Assembly: GCA_000004695.1 (NCBI GenBank) | Contig: CM000151.3 | Location: 8,192,001 to 8,256,000, forward strand | Direction of reading: 5' to 3' | Length of the DNA: 64,000 bases | From: Dictyostelium discoideum | Lineage: Eukaryota | In this document: positions 55,827 through 64,000 of the stretch, piece by piece | Layout: each line of letters opens with the position of its first letter | How positions within the stretch are numbered: position 1 is the stretch's first letter | The notes under the pieces: model-generated | The model's database searches: none | Told to the model about the DNA's origin: nothing | What the model saw: only the letters and a program-made list of their open reading frames with translations | Position numbers and translations under genes: made by a program

Positions 55827-58800
55827 TAAATATAAAGATGAAGATTATTTAGAAATTATTGAATTATTTATGAAATATAGAAGAGATGAATTTGAAATTA
55901 CTGATTTAATAATGATGGCAGTAAAAACTTATTCTCCAGATATTATTAGATTATTAGTTAATGAACCATATTCAGTTATAATTTATCCAACAACATTTGA
56001 ATTTGCAATTATAAATTCAAATTTAGCAACAATTAAAGAACTAATAAATTTAGAACCAACAAATTTTAAAAACTATGGTATTAAATTAATTAGTGAAGAA
56101 TTTAAAAGAAAATCATTATCATTGGCAGCACATAGAAAAACTCTTAAAACTACAATCACTGAATACATTTTTAGTAATCTATCATTATATTCAGTACCAC
56201 CACCATTATCATTATTAAATAATCAAATACAAGAACAACCATCAACAAATAAAAGATTAAAACTATCTGAAACTTCAAAACCAAATAATAATAATGACGA
56301 TAATAATAATGATAATGATAATAATGATAATGAGGAAATTAAATATGAATATATTAAATTTGAAGAATTTATAAAATTAAAATCAAGCAATTTATTAAAA
56401 TCATTTATGGAATTGGATATAGTAAAAGGTAGTTTTAAAAAGAATTTTAATTCATTTATTAAAATGTATCACCCATATGAGAGATTAAAAGTTGATATTA
56501 GAATTATATTAAAATATGGAGATATAATGTTACAACAAGTAAGTGGAGAAATTTTAGATAAAATGAATAAAATCGATACAAATAAACAAAAAGGTTTTAA
56601 TAAATTAAAAGAATTAAGAAAATTAACAGTAATAGAATTTCCAAAACAAAATAACTTTTATTACTATTATTGGAAAGCATATGGTGAAAAAATTAAAGGA
56701 CTTGATAGAATACCACCAAAATCAATTTCAAACCCAGATGAACAAGATTTTTTTCAATACCTTGATAGTAATGAAGAAAAACAATATGTTGAAGAAGATT
56801 ATTTTTTTGGAAATGGAAATGATGAAGAAGAAAACACTTCATTGGAGAATTATAATAATAATAATATTAATAATAATAATATTAATAATGAAGAAGAAGA
56901 AGAAGATGATGATGATGATGATGATGATGAAGAAGATGAAGAAGATGAAGATGAAGAGAATGAAGACGATGGAAATGAAGACGATGGAAATGATCAAGAA
57001 CTACCTGAAATGGATTCTGGATCTGATATAGATATTGAAAATGAAGTTGATGAAGAAACTATTAATGATTTAGAAAATAAAAAGAGATTTATAAATGGTT
57101 TTAATAAATTTAGAAAAGCATCAGTTTATGATATTTCTAATAGATATTCAGATTTAGATAATTCATATTTAAAAGCAATTAAAGAATGTAATATTGAAAT
57201 GTTAGAAGAGGTGAATAAAAATAATCCAAATTTTACATTGAATGTTTCCAAATTTCATTATTTCCAATTACCAACAGAATCTGAAGATGTGTTAAAGCTT
57301 TGGAAATTCTTTGTTGGACATGGATTTAAACAATTTCAATATAGTCAAGAAATATTCCTAGAATTCGTTTCAAGTGTAACCGATGTATTATCACCATCAA
57401 AATTGGAGATAGTAACACTTTGTGCTCCTCTTTTGAGAAGAATAGAATTTTTATTATTTGATACACTATTTAGAAAGAAATTTAACGCATTTGAAATATT
57501 ATTTAAAAGATTCTCTTTTTTAGAACCATTTTCAAAAGATGAATATACTGAACTTTTAAATCAGGAAAAGGTTATATTCAACATCAATGGTAAATTAGTG
57601 CAATTTGATAACAGCCATCTCAATCAAACAATCAGATTAATTTCATTAGTAGTGGCAAAGTTTCACCTACAAGCTTTAAACGCACCTCAGCATCCTAGTA
57701 TTAATAATAGTACTAAACCAGCACAACAATCATATAGTATAATTATAAACTATTTATATGATCAGTTACTTAGAATTAAAGGTTTAACAATTAATCACTT
57801 AGAACTTGTTAGATCAATTATTCCTGAACATTTCTTATCAGATGCACACAGTCAAGTGTTTCGTGTCTTTTTCTATCTTAATATCAGATCTTCAAAATTT
57901 TCAAAATACATAATTGAAAGACCTGGTGTTGATACTTTTATGTATATTTCAGAAGATTATGCAGAAAACTATAATTGTAGTGAACCACCAACTACAAATG
58001 TTGATGATATTGGTTTTGATATTAGAAAATATTTAAATTTAGATATCTTTACATATGATTTTATATTAGGTAGAGAATCAATTCAATCATATGGTACTGA
58101 TACTGTTGATAGTGTTGATAAGTTTAATAATAATAATAATAATAAAAAAAATTATAAAAAGTATATAACTCAATTCGATACAATATTAAAAGAATTAATG
58201 AAACAATTATCACATGACATTTGTACAAATATTGATAGAGATAGAATCACTGGAGGTCAAGATTTCTTTAATTATTCATTAAGTGCAGATTTAAGATTTA
58301 GTTTAGCCATTGGTAGAAAAGATATATTTTGGGAATTATTAGATTGGATTCAACAATATATTACTTTAAATGAAAATTTAATTAAATATCAAGTTTATCA
58401 ATTTAATTCACCATATGAATCATTATTACCAACTAGTACAATATATCCAAATGTAAAAATAATTAAAAAAGAATTGCCACCATCAACAACAAAAACAAAA
58501 ACAACATCAACAACAACAGCAGCAACAACAACAACAACTGAAAGTAGAATATTAAAAATTGATAATTTTGAAAATCCAATACCAAATGAATCATCAGTTA
58601 AAATTAATTGGAATGAAAATAAATTAGATGAATCATTTAAACCAATTTCAAAACTTATAAATTCATTTAAATTTTTTGAAGATGTATTGGATTCAATTTG
58701 TAAAGTAATGAATGTAAATGAAATTCAAAGATTTATTCAATATAATTTCTTTGAAACAAGTTTCCAATTTGCAATTTACTCTTATTTAGTATTTATGAAT

Positions 58801-59616
58801 AGAGATGATGTACTTTCATTCCTATTGAATAATTATAATATAGAGTTTGACATATTCCCATTCTTTCTACCAGAAAGAAGATATTCTCAATATTTAGAAT
58901 GTAAATTCATATTTGAAAATCATTTCGAAAGAGTAAAGAATATTTCAAATTTAAATATAGAATGGTGTGAAAGAAGAGATTTAGATTTCCCATCCACTGT
59001 ATTGAATGGGTTTGTTAAATTTCTTTGTAAAGAAAAGAATATCGCAATCTATAATCAGTTTATTCAAGAAAATGGTAATTTAGAAATTAGAAATAAAATT
59101 ATTAAAGAAACTATTGAAGTAATGAAAATAGAACTAGATGCAAACATTGATGAAGATGAAGATGATGATACTGAGAATTTCGCATTCATATTAAGAAATC
59201 AAAAACATAAAGTTTTACTCATTCAATCAATTATTGAACAACCAGATACTCAATTATACTTTAAATCAGCTTTAGATCAAGTTTTATTAGAATTAAAAGA
59301 GAAAAGAAAAACTGATAAAATTAATTCTCCATTCATTGAAAATCTTAAAAATCCATTCTTACAATCTTTTATTTATGGTGATATTAAAACTTGTGATATC
59401 ATTCTCAAATATTATCCAAATCAATTTAAAATCACTAAAGATTCAATCACTAAAGCATTAAAACTCGATAGAATCCATATTATTAAATATTATTATAAAG
59501 TTGATAATTGTAAAAATTTAATTAATAATTTTAAAAATGATAATAATTTATTAAAACATTTAAAAAATGAATTATCAAAACATCCAATTTATAAATATCA
59601 TTTAACTTGGTTATAA
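55429..59616 (+). CDS. Family copy 14, intact, about 1395 aa from the ATG at 55429 (MEILEILFWKVFKNKFIFNEILNQIHNNEWVEYD...). The track begins at an upstream GTG at 55399. Third subfamily (NPNFTLNVSKFHYFQLPTESEDVLKLWKFFVGHGFKQF...).
   Basis: Single ORF. The ATG aligns with copy 15 and copy 9. Confidence 0.85.
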
Positions 59617-60135
59617 AACAAAATAATAAAAAAAAAAATTTAAATCACAGTGCTTCGAAATTTTTTCGGTTTGCGCTTAAAAAAAAAAAAAAAAAAATAA
59701 ATAAATAAATAAATAAATAAAATAAAATAAATAAAATAAAATAAAAATTAACAGAAAGATATTTTTTTATAATGAAAATCATTTAACTTTGTTATAAATA
59801 AAAATAAATCTTTTTTTTTTTTAATGATTTGTTTAATTGTTTCTAATATTTACAGTGGTCATATGGAAATAAAAAAAAAAAAAAAAAAAAAAAATAATAA
59901 AAAAACATATTAATTTATTTCTTTATTCTTTTTTTTTTAGAAAACTTTTGTCCACGTCATCTTACTGGTGAATTTGAAATGATGTGATCAATTTTTTTCA
60001 AGTCCAAAAATAGTTTTAAAAAAAAAAAATAATTTTTTTTTTAATTTTTTTAATTTTTTTTTTCATCAACCAATACTTTTTTTTTTTTTTCATTCATTCA
60101 AAACAGTGGTTAAGAAAAAACAAAAAATAATAATT

Positions 60136-60450
60136 ATGGAAATTCCAGAAATATTATTTTGGAAAGTTTTTAAAAATAAATTCATATTCAATGAGATATT
60201 AAATCAAATTCACAACAATGAATGGGTTGAATATGATGATCCAAATAAATATAGTGTTTACAATAGATGTAAATTTGGAAACACTCACTCATTGGAAATA
60301 ATGATAAAAAATGATCTACTCCCATTAATTAAAGATAAAATCAAAAATAATCATCATATAAAAATTGATCATTTTTCCATTAAAAATCTTTTTTTAAAAT
60401 TATCAAAAAAACAACCACAACAACAAAATATTCAAGAAGAACAAACCATA

Positions 60451-60512
<62 letters not shown>

Positions 60513-62782
60513 TAAATATAAAGATGAAGATTATTTAGAAATTATTGAATTATTTATGAAATATAGAAGAGATGAATTTGAAATTACTGATTTAATAAAG
60601 ATGGCAGTAAAAACTTATTCACCAGATGTTATTAGATTATTAGTTAATGAACCATATTCAGTTATGATTTATCCAACAACATTTGAATTTGCAATTATAA
60701 ATTCAAATTTAGCAACAATTAAAGAACTAATAAATTTAGAACCAACAAATTTTAAAAACTATGGTATTAAATTAATTAGTGAAGAATTTAAAAGAAAATC
60801 ATTATCATTAGCAGCACATAGAAAAACTCTTAAAACCACAATCACTGAATACATTTTTAGTAATCCATCATTATATTCAATACCACCACCATTATCATTA
60901 ACAAATAATCAAACACAAGAACAACCATCAACAAATAAAAGATTAAGACTATCTGAAACTTTAGAATCAAATAACAATAGTAATAATAATAATAATAATG
61001 ATGATGATAATAATGATAATAATAATGATAATGAAGAAATTAAATATGAATATATTAGATTTGAAGAATTTATAAAATTAAAATCAAGCAATTTATTAAA
61101 ATCATTCATGAAATTGGATATAGTAAAAGGTAGTTTTAAAAAGAATTTTAATTCATTTATTAAAATGTATCATCCATATGAGAGATTAAAAGTTGATATT
61201 AGAATTATATTAAAATATGGAGATATAATGTTACAACAAGTAAGTGGAGAAATTTTAGATAAAATGAATAAAATCGATACAAATAAACAAAAAGGTTTTA
61301 ATAAATTAAAAGAATTAAGAAAATTAACAGTAATAGAATTTCCAAAACAAAATAACTTTTATTACTATTATTGGAAAGCATATGGTGAAAAAATTAAAGG
61401 ACTTGATAGAATACCACCAAAATCAATTTCAAACCCAGATGAACAAGATTTTTTTCAATACCTTGATAGTAATGAAGAAAAACAATATGTTGAAGAAGAT
61501 TATTTTTTTGGAAATGGAAATGATGAAGAAGAAAACACTTCATTAGAGAATAATAATAATATTAATATTAATAATAATAATGAAGAGGAAGAAGAAGATG
61601 ATGATGAAGAAGAAGAAGAAGGTGATGAAGATGAGGATGATGGAAATGATCAAGAACTACCTGAAATGGATTCTGGATCTGATATAGATATTGAAAATGA
61701 AGTTGATGAAGAAACTATTAATGATTTAGAAAATAAAAAGAGATTTATAAATGGTTTTAATAAATTTAGAAAAGCATCAGTTTATGATATTTCTAATAGA
61801 TATTCAGATTTAGATAATTCATATTTAAAAGCAATTAAAGAATGTAATATTGAAATGTTAGAAGAGGTGAATAAAAATAATCCAAATTTTACATTGAATG
61901 TTTCCAAATTTCATTATTTCCAATTACCAACAGAATCTGAAGATGTGTTAAAGCTTTGGAAATTCTTTGTTGGACATGGATTTAAACAATTTCAATATAG
62001 TCAAGAAATATTCCTAGAATTCGTTTCAAGTGTAACCGATGTATTATCACCATCAAAATTGGAGATAGTAACACTTTGTACTCCTCTTTTGAGAAAAATA
62101 GAATTTTTATTATTTGATACACTATTTAGAAAGAAATTTAACGCATTTGAAATATTATTTAAAAGATTCTCTTTTTTAGAACCATTTTCAAAAGATCAAT
62201 ATACTGAACTTTTAAATCAGGAAAAGGTTATATTCAACATCAATGGTAAATTAGTGCAATTTGATAACAGCCATCTCAATCAAACAATCAGATTAATTTC
62301 ATTAGTAGTGGCAAGGTTTCACCTACATACTTTAAACGCACCTCAGCATCCTAGTAGTATTAATAATAGTACTAAACCAGCACAACAATCATATAGTATA
62401 ATTATAAACTATTTATATGATCAGTTACTTAGAATTAAAGGTTTAACAATTAATCACTTAGAACTTGTTAGATCAATTATTCCTGAACATTTTTTATCAG
62501 ATGCACACAGTCAAGTGTTTCGTGTCTTTTTCTATCTTAATATCAGATCTTCAAAATTTTCAAAATACATAATTGAAAGACCTGGTGTTGATACTTTTAT
62601 GTATATTTCAGAAGATTATGCAGAAAACTATAATTGTAGTGAACCACCAACTACAAATGTTGATGATATTGGTTTTGATATTAGAAAATATTTAAACTTA
62701 GATATCTTTACATATGATTTTATATTAGGTAGAGAATCAATTCAATCACATGGTATTAATACTGCTGATAGTGCTGATAAGT

Positions 62783-62837
<55 letters not shown>

Positions 62838-63193
62838 GTACAAAACTCAATTCGATACAATATTAAAAGAATTAATGAAACAATTATCACTTGATATTTG
62901 TACAAATATTGATAGAGATAGAATTACTGGAGGTCAAGATTTCTTTAATCATTCATTAAGTGCAGATTTAAAATTCAGTTTAGATATTCGTAGAAAAGAT
63001 ATATTTTGGGAATTATTAGATTGGATTCAACAATATATGATTAAAAATGAAAATTTAATTAAATATCTAGTTTATCAATTTAATTCACCATATGAATCAT
63101 TATTACCAACTAGTACAATATATCCAAATGTAAAAATAATTAAAAAAGAATTGCCACCATCAACAACAAAAACAAAAACAACAACATCAACAT

Positions 63194-63224
<31 letters not shown>

Positions 63225-64000
63225 TGAAAGTAGAATATTAAAAATTGATAATTTTGAAAATCCAATACCAAATGAATCATCAGTTAAAATTAATTGGAAT
63301 GAAAATAAATTAGATGAATCATTTAAACCAATTTCAAAACTTATAAATTCATTTAAATTTTTTGAAGATGTATTGGATTCAATTTGTATAGTAATGAATG
63401 TAAATGAAATTCAGAGATTTATTCAATATAATTTCTTTGAAACAAATTTCCAATTTGCAATTTACTCTTATTTAGTATCTATAAATAGAGATGATGTACT
63501 TTCATTCCTATTGAATAATTATAATATAGAGTTTGACGTATTCCCATTCTTTCAACCTGAAAGAAGATATTCTCAATATTTAGAATGTAAATTCGTATTT
63601 GAAAATCATTTCGAAAGAGTAAAGAATATTTCAAATTTAAATATAGAATGGTGTGAAAGAAGAGATTTAGATTTCCCATCCACTGTATTGAATGGGTTTG
63701 TTAAATTTCTTTGTAAAGAAAAGAATATCGCAATCTATAATCAGTTTATTCAAGAAAATGGTAATTTAGAAATTAGAAATAAAATTTTTAAAGAAACAAT
63801 TGAAGTAATGAAAAAAGAATTAGATGAAAACATTGAAGATGAAGATGATGATACTGAGAATTTCGCATTCATATTAAGAAATCAAAAACATAAAGTTTTA
63901 CTCATTCAATCAATTATTGAACAACCAGATACTCAATTATACTTTAAATCAGCTTTAGATCAAGTTTTATTAGAATTAAAAGAGAAAAGAAAAACTGATA
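60136..64000 (+). CDS. Family copy 15, 3'-partial (runs off the window). About 1288 codons are open from the ATG at 60136. It is a near-identical sister of copy 14. It is not in the ORF track, presumably because no stop is reached.
   Basis: I checked the reading frame at 60901, 61081, 61501, 62041, 62341, 62701, 62821 and 63001-64000. All are in phase with the ATG at 60136 and give the expected paralogous peptide; no stops were seen in the checked stretches. Confidence 0.75.

Overview
The window is extremely AT-rich (about 75-80% A+T by eye), with long homopolymer A/T runs between genes and AAT/CAA/AGT/GAT codon repeats inside ORFs. By inference this is nuclear DNA of a social amoeba of the Dictyostelium type; no prokaryotic features such as CRISPR arrays or operons apply. 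Almost the whole 64 kb is a head-to-tail tandem array, all on the + strand, of at least 15 paralogs of one large gene family. The genes appear intronless, encode about 1240-1410 aa, and end in the invariant motif ...HP[IM]YKYHLTWL*. I do not recognise the family from sequence. The N-terminal third looks like helical, ankyrin-like repeats (weak inference); no catalytic motif was recognised. Nine copies look intact: <1..3405, 6851..10750, 12055..16116, 22671..26762, 27196..31353, 36651..40523, 43037..46765, 47430..51617, 55429..59616, and a tenth, 60136..>64000, runs off the window end. Five or six are pseudogenes, disrupted by frameshifts, deletions, small inversions or an insertion: 4255..6614, 16337..22398, 32157..34674, 42081..42545 and 51815..54908. 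The copies form three sequence subfamilies: those starting MSDKTEIL, MTEKTEIL/MTEEIEIL and MEILEIL. Structurally the most interesting feature is a 2.2 kb element with roughly 400-590 bp imperfect terminal inverted repeats, inserted precisely inside one pseudogene copy at 16433..18626. It lacks any long ORF, has no clear target-site duplication, and carries a central cluster of GATGGTAAA motifs. Other notable points follow. Within the genes there are homopolymeric codon-repeat slots whose amino-acid identity switches between paralogs: N, D, D/E, Q or absent at one slot, and S or N at another. Pseudogene 32157..34674 carries an inverted partial duplication of its own sequence at the site of a large internal deletion. 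Pseudogene 51815..54908 begins at a 37-bp micro-inversion bounded by a 6-bp palindrome. A recent segmental duplication of gene plus flank generated the two last copies. Several GC-richer islands (3600-3935, 10920-11745, 17427-17575, 35100-35960 and 41380-41950) probably encode non-family minus-strand genes or element fragments. No tRNA or rRNA genes were recognised.
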